DNA of 64,000 nt, taken from NCBI RefSeq assembly GCF_004010195.1, contig NC_057757.1:3620811-3684810 (forward strand), read 5' to 3'. This document shows positions 1-12,554 of the stretch, piece by piece. The first letter of the stretch is position 1; every line of letters starts with the position of its first letter. The translations under genes and the position numbers were made by a program. The notes under the pieces are model-generated. The model made no database searches and was not told the origin of the DNA. It was given only the letters and a program-made list of their open reading frames with translations. Source of the stretch: Chiloscyllium plagiosum. Lineage: Eukaryota.

Positions 1-511
1 TATTTTGTGCAGTTTTGGTCGCCATACTATAGGAAGGATGTGGTGGCACTGGAACGGGTGCAGAGGAGGTTTACCAGGATGTTGCCTGGTATGGTAGAAA
101 GATCGTATGAGGAAAGGCTGAGGCACTTGGGGTTGTTTTCATCGGAGAAAAGAAGGTTTAGGGGTGAATTGATAGAGGTGTCCAAGATGATTAGGGGTTT
201 AGATAGGGTCGACAGTGAGAATCTTTTTCCACGTATGGAGTCAGCTATCACAAGGAGGCATAGCTTTAAATTAAGGGGGGGTAGGTATAGGACAGATGTT
301 AGGGGTAGGTTCTTTACTCAGCGAGTCGTGAGTTTATGGAATGCCCTGCCAGTAGCAGTGGTGGACTCTCCCTCATTATGGGCATTTAAGCGGGCATTGG
401 ATAGGTATATGGAGGATAGTGGGCTAGTGTAGGTTAGGTGGGCTTGGATCGGCGCAACATTGAGGGCCGAAGAGCCTGTACTGTGCTGTATTCTTCTATG
501 TTCTATGTTCT
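1..511 (+). mobile_element. CR1 LINE 3' end (C-terminal ORF2 plus (TTCTATG)n tail)
   Basis: ORF 7-432 QFWSPYYRKDVVALERVQRRFTRMLPG...FFTQRVVSLWNALP is the typical CR1 ORF2 C-terminus; it ends in ttctatgttctatgttcta. Confidence 0.9.
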
Positions 512-729
512 AAAAAGACACTGCCTCAGAATGGAACCTGTGACAATGATGCACTCCTGTAATACTGATCCTGTCGTAATGCTGAAATACGTGAGTTCTC
601 AACCTGAAATCATCTGGCACTCTGTCAATTTGAAACCTCTTGTAATAAGGCACTACCTCTGCATTGACCCTCTCGCAACAATGCATTCCCCACACTTCTG
701 ACCATCTGACCATACTTCCATATCCCAGA

Positions 730-1895
730 TAATGAGAGAACTGGTACAGTGTAGCACTCAAAGAGGATTGGGGCAGAACAATACTGAATGGGAGAATGAG
801 AGTAGGGCACCCCTAAATGGGAGAATTGGGCTGGGGCATCAGTAAATATGAGAATTGATGCAGGGCAACCCTGAGTGGAGAACTTCTTCAGGACGTCCGT
901 AAATGAAGGCATTGGTGTTGGGTAACACTGAATTGGAGAAATGGTGCAGGGCATCAGTAAGTGAGAGAGTTGGTGCCGGGTGCAAATAAGAGGACGTGTA
1001 AATGAGAGGACACAGGCAGGGAATCAGTAAGTAGGGGAAATGTTACAAAGGAGCACGAAAGTGGAGATTCGACACAGAGCACCACAGAATGAAAAAAATT
1101 TGAGCAGAGCACAATTATATGGAAGACATGTGTCAGGGAAAAACTGAATGGGAGAGTTGGTGCAGTTCACCATCAAAAGAAGGATTTGTGCCGGATCGGT
1201 TATTTAGGAATTTGATGCAGGGAATGCCAAAATTTAAGAATTTTGGCAGCAGACCACTAAATGGGAACATTGTTGCAGGGAAAGACTAAATGGAAGAACT
1301 GGTGCATAGTGGAACTAACTTAGAGAACTGAGGCACCATTAAGTGGGAGAATTAGTACAGGGGTTTGAGTAAATGGGAGAATCAGTATAGGGGTTTGAGT
1401 AAATGGGAGAATCAGTACAGGGGTATGAGGAAATGGGAGAATCAGTACAGGGTTTGAGTAAATGGGAGATTTGGCATGCAGTGCCATTACATTAGAAACT
1501 TGGTGCAGGTTTCCAATGAAAGAATTGGAGGATAGCAGCAGGGAATCAGTAAAAAAGAGACGTGTTGCAAACATCAGTAAATTGGAAATTTGGTTCAGCT
1601 CACCAGTAAATGAGCTGAACACAGGTTCTTACAGGTGGGAGAGGTTTCAGACAGAAGATTCAGACAAGAAACATCTCTTGAAGCAAGGAACCTTTTTTTT
1701 CACAGTAACAGCTTCTCTGGCTACCAGCAATTCCTAACTGCCTGCTAAAACTAAATGTGTTTCAGGGAACAACTAAATTGGAGAGTTTATGTACGGCATC
1801 AATAATTGGAAAATATTTGCCGGTGCCAGTAAATTAGAGAATTGGTGCACAAAGTGGGAGAACTGGGACAGGATAATACTCAACTGGAGAATATC
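730..1895 (+). repeat. Degenerate ~30-bp tandem repeat (consensus ~gtaaatgggagaattggtgcagggcacca)
   Basis: aaatgggagaat(t/c)(g/a)gt(g/a)cagg recurs about every 30 bp; it is cleanest at 1340-1475. Confidence 0.7.
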
Positions 1896-1899
1896 GAAC

Positions 1900-2300
1900 G
1901 TAGCGAGTTACAGTGCAGTACAGGCCCTTTGGTCTTCGATGTTGTACCATAATGTGAAATTAATCTGATGCCACTCTAACCTACACCGTTCCATTAACAT
2001 CCATATGTATGTCCAATGCCCTTAATGTTGGTGAGTCTACTACTGTTGCAGGCAGGTCATTCCACACCCCTACTACTTTCTGAGGAAAGAAACTACCCCG
2101 ATATCTGTTCTAAATCTATCACCCCTCAATTTAAAGCTATGAAATGCCTCGATTAAGTCACCTGTCAACCTTCTCTCCAACGAAAACAGCATCATGTCCC
2201 TCAGTCTTTCCTCGTAAGATCTTCCTTCGATACCAGGCAACGTCCTCGTAAATCTCCTCTGAACCCTTTCCAAAGCTTCCACATCCTTCCTATAATGCTG
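1900..2300 (-). mobile_element. CR1 LINE 3' fragment
   Basis: ORF 2073-2282(-) EALERVQRRFTRTLPGIEGRSYEERL, similar to the 1-511 copy. Confidence 0.8.
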
Positions 2301-2828
2301 ATTTGTCTGGCAGTGGCTCCTTTAAACAATGGCTAATTTAATGGCAAGGGGAGTGTCTGTTCTCCCAATTAAGATTTTATTTTCTCTCGTGCGGTTTAGT
2401 TTTAGCAGGAAGTCAGGAATTGCTGGTAGCCAAAGAAGCTGTTACTGTAAAAAAAAAGGTTCCTTGCTTCAAGAGATGTTTCTTGCCTGACCCTTCTCTC
2501 GGAAATATCTCCTTCCTGTAAGAACCTGTGTTTGAGTTGACCATTTGCCAAGGGGTGTGTTTTTGGGTAATTGCGGGGACTGGAACAGCTCCTTTGTTAA
2601 CCTACCAACAATTTCGTCGGTTGGGTTTCCACATGGTTAAATTATTATAAATTCTGTTTTCTTTTGCTCGCATTTCAACTGCAATGTGTAAATAAATTGT
2701 TTTGCTTAAAGCTGAGTGGTTTGGTGTGTGTATCAGTCCTGGAATATCAATTTTATATCTGCTTTTAAAATAAGAAAAAGTTCAGGTCTGGGCTACCTTG
2801 CTAAAATGTTTTGAGGAGGTCTGGAACA
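2300..2828 (+). mobile_element. LTR-like fragment, same broad family as the LTRs at 23668 and 62750
   Basis: Shares the 3' motifs tttaaaataagaaa...ttttgagg(a/g)ggt with 63340-63421. Confidence 0.5.
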
Positions 2829-2899
2829 GTGGGTAAGCAGCTGCAGGAGTTTGAATGAACACGATGTATCAAAAGGCCATTCGGTTAGCAGGCCCCAAG

Positions 2900-3660
2900 C
2901 AGCATTTTTACCCTGACAACAATTTAAATTCAGCCAATGAATTCCCTTGTCAGTTCCACACCCTCGACTAGCCCAACACCGTCCCCTGTCACTGCAAGAA
3001 GTTCAAAACCTGCGTCCACTCCTTCCCCCTCACCTCCATCCAAGATCCCAAAGGATCCTTCCACATCTGACAGAAGTTTACCTGTACCTCCACCAACATA
3101 ATTTCCTGTATCCGTTGCACCCGATGTGGCCAGAATGGATGCCAACTTGCGGATTGTTTCAGAGAACATCTCTGGGACACCCACACAAACCACCCCCACT
3201 GCCCCATGGCTAGAAACTTTAATTCCCCCTCCCATTCCGCCAAGGACATGTTGGTCCTGGGCCTCTTCCATCGTCAAACCCTAACCACCCGATGCCTGGA
3301 GGAAGAGCATCTCTTCTTCTGCCTTGGGACCCTGCGATTACATGGGATTAATGTGGATTTCACCAGTTTCCTCATTTGCTCTCCCCCTACCTTATCCCAG
3401 TCCCAAGCTTCCAAAGACACCACCCTCTTGACCTTTCCTTTCTATCCATCTACTCCACCTTCTTCTTTGACCTATCACCTTCTCACCCACCTTCATCTAT
3501 CACAGTTTAAGCCACCTTCCCCTCAGTCCCATCCCCCTCCCATTTATCTCTCAGTCTCCTGGCCCACAAACATCATTCCTAATGAACAGCTTATGCGCAA
3601 AACATCGATGTTTCCAGACATGCTGTGCATTTCCAGCGCCACATTCTCAATCCTCTCCCT
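2900..3660 (+). mobile_element. Penelope-like element 3' fragment (GIY-YIG endonuclease end and tail)
   Basis: Translation FNSPSHSAKDMLVLGL...LEEEHLFFCLGTL..GINVDF matches 48134-48409(-); a degenerate hammerhead-bearing tail lies at about 3575-3650. Confidence 0.75.
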
Positions 3661-3799
3661 TTTGTGACAGGTTTACCTGCTCGGTTAGACTGAAAAGGTA
3701 TTGATTTGAATAATTGATTATTGGCTTGCTGCACTTGAGAGTTAGCTCTTTCTTGATGTTATGATCACTATTTCTTCCTCCATCTAAAATTACAAAGAG

Positions 3800-4112
3800 T
3801 CATAGACATATACAGCACGGAAATAGACACTTCCGTCCAACCCATCCATCCCAGCCCAATCTAGTCCCACCTGCCAGCACCCGGCCCATATCCCTCTAAA
3901 TCCTTCCTATTCATATACCCATCCAAATGCCTTTTAAATGTTGCAATTGTACCAGCCTCCACCACCTCCTCTGGCAACTCATTCCATACCCACACCACCC
4001 TCTGAGTGAAAAGTTGTGCCTTAGGTCTCTTTTATATCTTTCCCCTCTCACTCTAAACCTGTGCCATCCCATTATGGACTCCCCAACCCCAGGGAAAAGA
4101 CTTTGTCTATTT
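3800..4112 (-). mobile_element. CR1 LINE 3' fragment
   Basis: Reverse of the CR1 3' end also seen at 6875-7210 and 20590-20920. Confidence 0.8.
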
Positions 4113-4375
4113 ATATGTGATGTAACAATGTTCAGGGGATTAAATTTTCTCAGCTGAATTTAACAAATGACTGCAGCAAAATAATGTTGTTTTACAACAC
4201 ATTGTTTAAAAAAAGCATGTGCTGTGGTGAAAATGCGATGTGTCTGGCCACTTTATTCATAAATGTCTTTTCCTGTCTCCATACCACAAAATGCGGGGTT
4301 TCTATTCTCAATTTATACCTCCATTTGTGGTTCAGTGTCAGCTTGATATTCAAGATGTCCTGCGACTGATGGTTG

Positions 4376-4508
4376 CCGAGAGTGTGGTGCTGGAAAAGAT
4401 CCACATGCTGGATCCCCTGCTGGATCCCCTGCTGGAAAAGATCATCAGGTCAGGCAGCATCCGAGGAGCAGGAGATATGTTTCGGATATCAGCCCTTCAT
4501 CAGGAATA
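4376..4508 (-). mobile_element. Penelope-derived short tail insertion with a decayed hammerhead motif
   Basis: gtggtgctggaaaag...tcaggcagcatccgaggagcagg...cccttcatcagga; absent from the paralogous intron at about 17120. Confidence 0.65.
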
Positions 4509-4958
4509 TGACCATTTGTTGCTCAATAAGCATTGCTAAGGCCATATTGAGACAATGTTCTGAATTGTTCCCAACACTCAATCTTAGAATTTAAATGCTG
4601 TTTACTACATTTCAGATTCTAATTTAAAGTTATTTTAACAATTACATTTTCCTGAATTAATCTTGCAATGCCTTTATTTTTTAACCCATAATCTTCACAT
4701 TTAATGTGAATATTATTGCATTCTTTGACATTTTGATACCTATGCTCCATCCTCCATTTGTCTGATTGATTTTTTTAAACAAAAAATAAATTCTGTTGAC
4801 CGAGCACAGAACTGGCTTCAGTATCAAGGACCAGTTTACATAAAATTCTGAAAATAAACTTTATTAGGGGAGTCAAGTCTTGTGGTTCTGATCACACTAT
4901 CTCTCTCACTTTTCCATTTCCTTCATCCTCTGGATTCTGCATCTTTTTCATATTGCAG

Positions 4959-5870
4959 CTAACTTGGCAGTGATTGTGATCCTATGCAGGGGAAGGAGTG
5001 GTCTCTCTAATGCATCACTTATTATCTCGTATCCATGGCAGTGACAGACCTGCTGGTCATTATTACAGCTGTAGTATTGAACCATATTGTTGGAATTTAT
5101 TTCCCGTTCTGCATCCTGCATATCACCCTTGTCTGTAGTGTCAATTTTGTCCTAATGACTAGAAGCAAGGTTTGTTCTGTCTGGGCAACTGTGGTATTCA
5201 CTATTGATTGGTTTGTGGCTATTTTTTGCCTGAAATTGAAGACACGATATTGCACAGAGAAAGTAGCAGCCGTGGTTACAGTGGCAGTTTGTGGCATGAG
5301 CTATATCAAAAATACATTCTGGTATTTGGTATTTGAACCAGTATATATAATTGGTAACATACCATGGCGTTGCAAAATTAAGTGTACATTTTATACATCA
5401 GCTGCATGGGCTGCATTTGATTGGATTAATCGCATTTCAGCCCCTTGTCTCCCATTCGTTTTGATCTTACTTCTCAGTGCTGTGACTGTCAGAAAAAACC
5501 CCAAAGGTCATTCCATCTTGAAAAAGCCTCTGTTTGAGCAAACAGGTAGAAAATCAGAATGACATGGAGGTGAGGAACCGGAGAAAGTCCATTGTCCTGC
5601 TGTTCTGTATCATGGGCAGTTTCCTCCTGTTATGGCTGGTGTTTGTATGATCAGTTCTCTTTATCCAAATTGCAAACGTGTGATTGTAACTTGGGTTACA
5701 ATTACAATGTGTTCAGTTTCATTCTGGAAGAAAGCGCGTTTATGCTTCAGATGTTGAGTTCCTGTATAAACCCATCTATTTATGCATGGACTCAGAATAA
5801 TTTCAGAAATGAGTTAAGGAGTGGCATTAAATTTTCTGTAAATTTCATTGTGAAGCGTTTTAAATTTTGA
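4959..5870 (+). pseudogene. GPR139/142-like GPCR subfamily A copy A1: frameshifted exon 2; exon 1 not found in the window
   Basis: Acceptor ttgcag|ctaacttgg at 4958/4959, colinear with 18149-19059. It has a 1-bp deletion near 5010, DRF>DWF at 5209, further frameshifts from about 5495, and ends at the homologous TGA 5868-5870. Confidence 0.88.
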
Positions 5871-6106
5871 CATATAAGAAACATTTCCTGGATTAAACTT
5901 CATACTGTAATCTTTGAGTTGGTGCGAGAAAGAGATTGTGTTATACAAGGGGTCCCAATTTATCTATATCTGACTTAAGAAGGCTCATTCTTATGCACAC
6001 AATCTCATTTAGGGTATAATGTTAAAGACCCAACACTCACAAACAGCTGTTTTATATTGTCCTGCACTGTGTTCTGATTTGCAAACTGCAGACCTGGGAC
6101 TGTCTG

Positions 6107-6440
6107 ACACACACACACACACACATACACACACACACACGTGCACGTGCACGCACACAAACACACATATGCACACGTGTGTGCACACACACTTCGTCTT
6201 CACCTCCCTCTTCTGGGTGATGAAATAACATCTATCATACTCATACAATCTTACTTTCACCTTCCCCTGATGGGAACGGTAGTAATCTGTATCATACATT
6301 TGCATCTCCCTCAGTTGGGTGTTGTAAAAATCTCGATCAAGTGCACCCGTAATCCCATGTATATCTCCATCAGCTGGGTAAGGTAATGATCGCCATCAGA
6401 CACACACAATCTCACTTTCACCTCCCTCAGCTGGGATCAA
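6107..6440 (+). repeat. (CA)n microsatellite followed by degenerate ~60-bp repeats
   Basis: CA run at 6107-6190; recurring acaatctcactttcacctccctcagctggg-like units; a paralogous block lies at about 20945-21310. Confidence 0.55.
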
Positions 6441-6874
6441 TGTTTCCACCTGACGCTTTGTGACCTTGTTACCACGCAGTCAGGAAAGATCCCAGGATAT
6501 GCATCCTGTAACACCTCAGTTGCCTGATTTCCAACTAGCATTTCAACCACAGTAGGCATCAGTCCCACCTGTGATCCAGCTATGTCATTACCAAGTATAA
6601 ATTGTACTTCTGAAACCTAGAATGTCTCTTTTAACCCAACCACCACTTCATCAATTTTCACTGAACTCTCCAACTTCACTTTATATAATGAAATAATGTT
6701 CTTCTCATCATGAACGACACATAGTATCATCTTTTTCTGGTAATGCTCCTCCTGAATTATAATTCTCTTTTCAATTAACATACTCCCGCGTATTTCTTAT
6801 AGTCTTAATTTCTTTACCTACTCCTCCTGGCATACATAAGTAAACCTTACTCAAGCAAGTAATTTATTTTGGGA

Positions 6875-9270
6875 GTCATAGAGTCATAGAGATGTACAGC
6901 ACGGAAACAGACTCCTAAATCCAACTCGTCCATGCCGACCAGAAATCCGAACCCAATCTAGTTCCATTTCCCAGCACCCTGTCCATATTTCTCCATACCC
7001 TTCCTATTCATATACCCATCCTGATGCCTTTTAAATGTTACAATTATACAGCTTCCACCACTTCCTATGGCAGCTCATTCCATACACATACCGTCCTCTG
7101 TGCGAAAAATTTGCCCCTTAGGTCTCTTTTATATCTTTCCCCTCTCACCCTAAAACTATGCCCTCTAGTTCTGGACTCACCCACCCAGGGAAAAGACCTT
7201 GTCTATTTATCCTATCCATACCCCTCATGATTTTACAAACCTCTATAAGGTCACCCCTCAGCCTCCGACGCTCCAGGGAAACTGGCCCAGCCTATTCAAT
7301 CTCTCCATATAACTCAAATCTTCCAACCCTGGCAACATCCTTGTAAATCTTTTCTGAACACTTTCAAGATAACAATGTCCTTCCGATACCAAGGAGACCA
7401 GAATTGCACATAACATTCCAAATGTGTTCTAACCAAAGGAAAGCATACCAAATGCCTTCTTCACTATGCAATCTACCTGTGACTCTTCTTTCAATGAGCT
7501 GTGTACCTGCACCCCAAGGTCTCTTTGTTCAGCAACACTCCCCAGGTCCTTACCATTAAGTGTATAAGTCCTGCTAAGGTTTGCTTTCCCAAAATGCAGC
7601 ACCTCGCATTTATCTGAATTAAACTCCATCTGTCACTTCTCAGCCCATTGGCCCATCTGATCAAGATCCTGTTGTAATCTAAGGTTACCCTCTTCGCTGT
7701 CCACTACATCTCCAATTTTGGTGCCCTCTGCAAACTTACTTACTATACTTCCTATGTTCACATCCACGAAAATGACAAAAAGTAGTGGACCCAGCTCCGA
7801 TCCTTGTGGTACTCCACTGGTCACAGGCCTCCAGTCTGAAAAACAACCCTCCACCACCACCCTCTGTCTTCTACCTTTGAGCCAGTTCTGTGTACAATTG
7901 GCTAGTTCCTCCTGTATTCCATGAGATTTAACCTTGCTAACCAGTCTCCCATAGGGAATCTTGTCAAACGCCTGACTAAAGCCCATATAGATCGCATCCA
8001 CCACTCTGCCCTCATCAATCCTCTTCATTTCTTCTTCAAAAAATTCAATCAAGTTCATGAGAAATGACTTCCCACACACAAAAACAAGCTGACTATCACT
8101 AATCAGTCCTTGACTTTTCAAATTCGTGTATATCCCATCCCTTGGATTCCCTCCAACAACTTGTCCACCACTGTTGTCAGGCTCACTATAGTTCCCTGGC
8201 TTGTCCTTACCACCCTTCTTAAACAGTGGCACAATGTTAGCCAACCTCAAGTCTTCTGTCATCTCACCTGTGACTATCGATGATACAAATATCTCAGCAA
8301 GAGGCCCAGCAATCACTTCCCTATCTTCCCACAGAGTTCTAGGGTACAGCTGATCAGGTACTGGTGATATTTCCACTTTTTTGCATTTCAAGAAATCCAG
8401 CACTTCATCCAATGTAATATGGACATTTTTTCAAGATGTCATCATCTATTTCCCCACATTCTATATATCTTCCATGTCCTTGTCCACAGTAAACACTGAT
8501 GCAAAATACTGGTTTAGTATCTTCCCCATCTTCTGCGGCTCCACACAAAGGCTGCCTTACTGATCTTTGATGATCCGTATTCTCTTCCTAGTTACCCTTT
8601 TGTCCTTAATGTATTTGGAAAAACCCTTTGGATCCTCCTTAACCCTATTTGCCAAAGTTCTCTCATGACTCCTTTTTGCCCTCCTGATTTCCCTCTTAAG
8701 TATAATCCTTTTGCCTTTATACTCTTCCAAGGATTCACTCGATCTATCTTGTCTACACCTGACATATGCTTCCTTCTTTTCTTAACCAAACCCTCAATTT
8801 CTCTAGATTAGAGTGGTGCTGGAAAAACATAGCAGATCAGGCAGCATCCAAGGAGCAGGAAAATCGACTTCTTGGGCAAAAACCCTTCGTCAGGAACATC
8901 GATTTTCCTGCCCTTCAGATGCTGCCTGACCTGCTGAGGTTTTCCAGCACCACTCTAATCTTGGCTCTAATCTACAGCATCGGCAGTACCCACTTCCGCC
9001 TCAATTTCTCCAGTCAACCAGCTTGTCCTACACCCATCAGCCTTTCCTTTCATTCAAACAGGAATATACTTTCTCTGGACTCTCGTTATCTCATTTTTGA
9101 AGGCTCCCATTTTCCAGCCGTCCCTAAACATCTGCCCCCAATCAGCTTTTGAAAGTTCTTGCCAAATACCATCAAAATTAGCCTTTCTTCCAATTTTGAA
9201 CCTCAACTTTTAGATCTGGTCTATCCTTTTCCATCACTATTTTAAAATTAGTAGTATTATGGCCATTGGC
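6875..9270 (-). mobile_element. CR1 LINE, 5'-truncated, degraded reverse transcriptase
   Basis: ORF 7633-8412(-) with ANIVPLFKKGGKDKPGNY, AFDKIP, TSGVPQGSELGPLLF; (gagtcata)n tail at 6875. Confidence 0.92.
8804..8998. mobile_element. Penelope-derived hairpin insertion inside CR1 with a 12-bp target-site duplication
   Basis: Inverted arms agattagagtggtgctggaaaa...ttttccagcaccactctaatct; flanking duplication cctcaatttctc at 8792-8803 and 8999-9010. Confidence 0.8.
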
Positions 9271-9274
9271 CTAA

Positions 9275-10560
9275 GGCATTGTGTTCCAGATACAATTCAA
9301 TTGATCCAACTATTTAACTTTAAGCAAAATACACTTCATGTTTGCCTACTGTTAAAATACGACAAAATAAAAAGAAAAGAATTGTAACTCTAACAAAATG
9401 CCAAAAAAACTAATATATAAATTCACTACTAATTAAATGGTCCAATATAGCAAAATCCCATACACACACCCTTGGCAAAGACAACTTCAGTAAATGAGAT
9501 TGTCACACATGTAATTGTGGTAGAAGGAAGAGAACCCCAGTTTTTAGTTGTTACAAAGAGAGGAATAAGAGCTCCACATCCCTGAGCACTATGGGTAATT
9601 TAGCACAGTCAATTCACCTAACCTGTACATCTTTGGACTTTGGAAGGAAACTGGTGCACCCAGAAAAAACCTTCACACGCACAGGGAGAATGTGTAAGCT
9701 CCACATAGACAGTTGCCTGAGGCTGGAATCAAACCCAGGCTCCTGGCAGTGGGAGGCAAATGCGGTAACCACTGAACCATTGTGCCACCCATTTAGCTCT
9801 GGTAGAAAAATTGCAAATTGTTGTATGCCACTTGCAAAAGTGCCAATGACATTCCATTATCTCAATCCTCTGGATAGTCTTGACAAGGTCATTTGAGTTT
9901 GATGCTATCATTCTAAAACTCACTGCCTTTCTGGATTTGAATTGTATTATTCCTAAGCTGTCCTTAACTTCCTGGAAACATTTTGATGAATATTTAACAC
10001 TTCATCCAATTATACTTCAAGTGTAGTCATATCTAGTAAGACATTTGTGTAATTCTTTTGTAATCCTTTTAGCCATTATACAACACAGTAGAATGGGCTC
10101 TGGAAATCAAGTAGACAATTCATTATGTTCAACAAATACTGATTCCTTTTTTTTAAAGTAAGGGTCCTCTGCAATCAATTAAGACCCTTGTAAAAGGTTC
10201 CCCAAATGCAGGAATGAGTATTAAAGATGCTGGTTTTGTCACTGTATGAGGCTGTCCAATTATCTGGGATGTATGACATGTCCTGCAAAATTCAATTCCA
10301 TCCTGATGCAGTCCAATCTAATAAAAGTGTTTCTTTTTTAATTTTGGTTTGAGTTTTCCATACTACTCAAATGAACTCCTATTGGTAATTCATCTGCTAC
10401 CGGCAGCCTCCTGTCTATACCTCACTGGTAATACAATTTGATGAACCTCTGCCCATTTCCCATCCACCTGAATATGTGATGGTCTCCATTTCCTCAGCAA
10501 GACCTAAGTTTTAAGATAGTAACGTTCTGGGATATACTCAGATTCTGTATTGTCCACCCT
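9275..10560 (-). mobile_element. Gypsy (Gmr1-like) remnant: LTR part plus integrase fragments, paralogous to 23668-26960
   Basis: 9275-9580 matches 23750-24060; 9900-10560 matches 26320-26960. Confidence 0.7.
9588..9790 (-). mobile_element. tRNA-derived SINE (HE1/V-SINE-like)
   Basis: Diverged reverse copy of ggtggcacagtggttagcactg...ggttcaattcc...gactgtctgtgtggagtttgcac. Confidence 0.75.
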
Positions 10561-10599
10561 GGCATTTCTTTTACCTTCTTAACAATCCTGGAAGGAAGT

Positions 10600-10778
10600 G
10601 GGATCTGCAGATGCTGGAAGAGACAGAATGGAAAAGTGTGGCACTGGAAAATCACAGCAGGTCAGGCAGCATGCGAGGAGCAAGAGAGATGATGTTTCGT
10701 GGTTATGATGACTCTCCTGCTCCTCGGATGCTGACTAACCTGCTGTGCTTTTTTCCTGCACCACCCTTTTTGACTTTT
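10600..10778. mobile_element. Penelope-derived hairpin insertion
   Basis: cacagcaggtcaggcagcatgcgaggagca...tgctcctcggatgctgactaacctgctgtg inverted arms. Confidence 0.65.
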
Positions 10779-11383
10779 CTTCACCATCCTGTCTATCCGT
10801 GCTAACTCGCTGAGGCGGTACGTGGGTTCTCAGATGTTTGATCCCAGTGTAGCTTCACCGGAGGCTCTCTGGTGGCGTTACCTAGCATGGTGATGAAACA
10901 TCTGATAACAAACCTACCACCTAAGCGAGCAAACCTCAACCTGAGCTACAAATCTTCTCAGAAATCACCAATGGACTTGGACACCAAGCTCCCTTTGCTC
11001 TGCAGGGCTCTCCTGGACTGACGATGTATTTGGCCCCTCCAGTTGGTTCCATCATTCAATGAACATGGCTGATCTGACATTCCTCACATCCATCTTCCTG
11101 CATATTCCCAGTAACCCTTGATTCCCCGACTTATCAATGATCTCTCTCTGATGAAGATAAGCTCAATGCATTAGCTTGCCATCTCTCCCTCTCTTTGCCT
11201 CACCCTTTGTGATTTCCACATTTTTTTTCTTTTAAGTACAGTTTCAAGTACAAGGATCTATCTCTCTCATTCTGAAATGTACACAAGGACTCACCTCCCA
11301 TCACTCTCCCTGAGGCTGTGCCATCCACTTCATTCCCCTTAGCACAAATCTTAATTTCTCATTGATCACCTCAAGTAGGTGTG

Positions 11384-11580
11384 TACTACCTCGTTGTTGT
11401 ATCGCCATAGTCTTATCAGACCATAGGGGCTGCTCTCTCATTAGAGAGGGAAGCGACTGCTGGTGATTTAACCTGAGGGTCACCAGACCTCAGGCAAGTG
11501 AAGCAATTGAGAAAGAGAGCCCTTCATGGTAACCTGAAATCGGTGATGGGAACTGAACCCACGCTGTTGGCACCAGGAGC
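11384..11580 (-). mobile_element. Second tRNA-head SINE family (also at 17355-17575 and 42105-42320)
   Basis: Shared body ctctctcattagagag...cttcatggtaacct; B-box-like ggttca(a/g)tt on the element strand. Confidence 0.5.
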
Positions 11581-11929
11581 ATAATCAGCCCTTGTCTCAC
11601 TATATTAGCTGATTTGCAAAATGACCAACCTTTTACATCAGCTGCCAATACATTATTGTTATCTTTTCTTTGACACTCTTATTTACCTTATTAACTGTTA
11701 ACTTAATGGTTCAATTTCTGTTTGAATTTTTTGTAATTTTCCTTATTCTAAGTTCTACTATTAACCTCAGTTATTTTTACTTTGTACGTGGGATGCAGGG
11801 ATCTCTGACTAATACAGTATTTATGGCCCATTACTAACATCCCCAGTGAAAGCGGTCCTGTGCTGATCAGATTCACTGCAGTTTCTGCATTTACCTGCAT
11901 GCACTTTTTGTTATTCACTCGCAGGACAT

Positions 11930-12490
11930 GGTCATCGCTGGTTCGGTATTTATTGCCTGTTCCCAATTTCTCCTCCATAAAGTGTGGGGGTGAGCTGCTT
12001 TCTTGAACCGCTGCAGTCTGTGTGATGTAAGCAGACCCACAATGCTGTTAGGGAGGAAGTTCCAGGATTTTGACCCATTGACAGTGAAGGAACGGTGACG
12101 TATTTCTAATCAGGATGATGAGCGCCTTTGAGGTGAACGTGCAGAGATTGGTATTCTCATGTTGCCCTTATCCTTCTGAATGGTAGAGGTTGTGGGTTTG
12201 GAAGGTGTTGTCTAAGGATCTTTAGTGACTTTGGACAGTGCATCTTGGAGATAATAAACAATGCTGCAACTAAGCGACAGTGGTAGAAGGAGAGGGTGTT
12301 TGTGGATGTGGTGCCAATGAAGAGGGCGACTGTGTCCTGGATGGTATTGAACTCCTTGAGTGTTGTTAGAACTGTACTCATCGAGGCAAGTTGGGACCAT
12401 TCTGTAACTCTCTTGACCTGTGTTTTGCAGATGGTGGACAGGCTTTGGGGATTCAGCAGATGAGTTACTCATAACTGTATTCTGAGCTTC
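11930..12490 (-). mobile_element. Old LINE 3' fragment (CR1-group, clade uncertain); related pieces at 27720-28090, 53830-54260 and 58510-58880
   Basis: Translation NTIQDTVALFIG...HCRLVAALFIISKMHC..ILRQHLPNPQPLP recurs in several copies. Confidence 0.55.
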
Positions 12491-12554
12491 TCAGTGATTT
12501 TTGGAGCCATAGTAGTTCTTTATTTTGTACGGTTTTATTTACCAAGTACTGTAG

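Noticed and set aside
6005..6386. Cys/Val- or His/Thr-rich ORFs
   Set aside because: These are translations of CA microsatellites.
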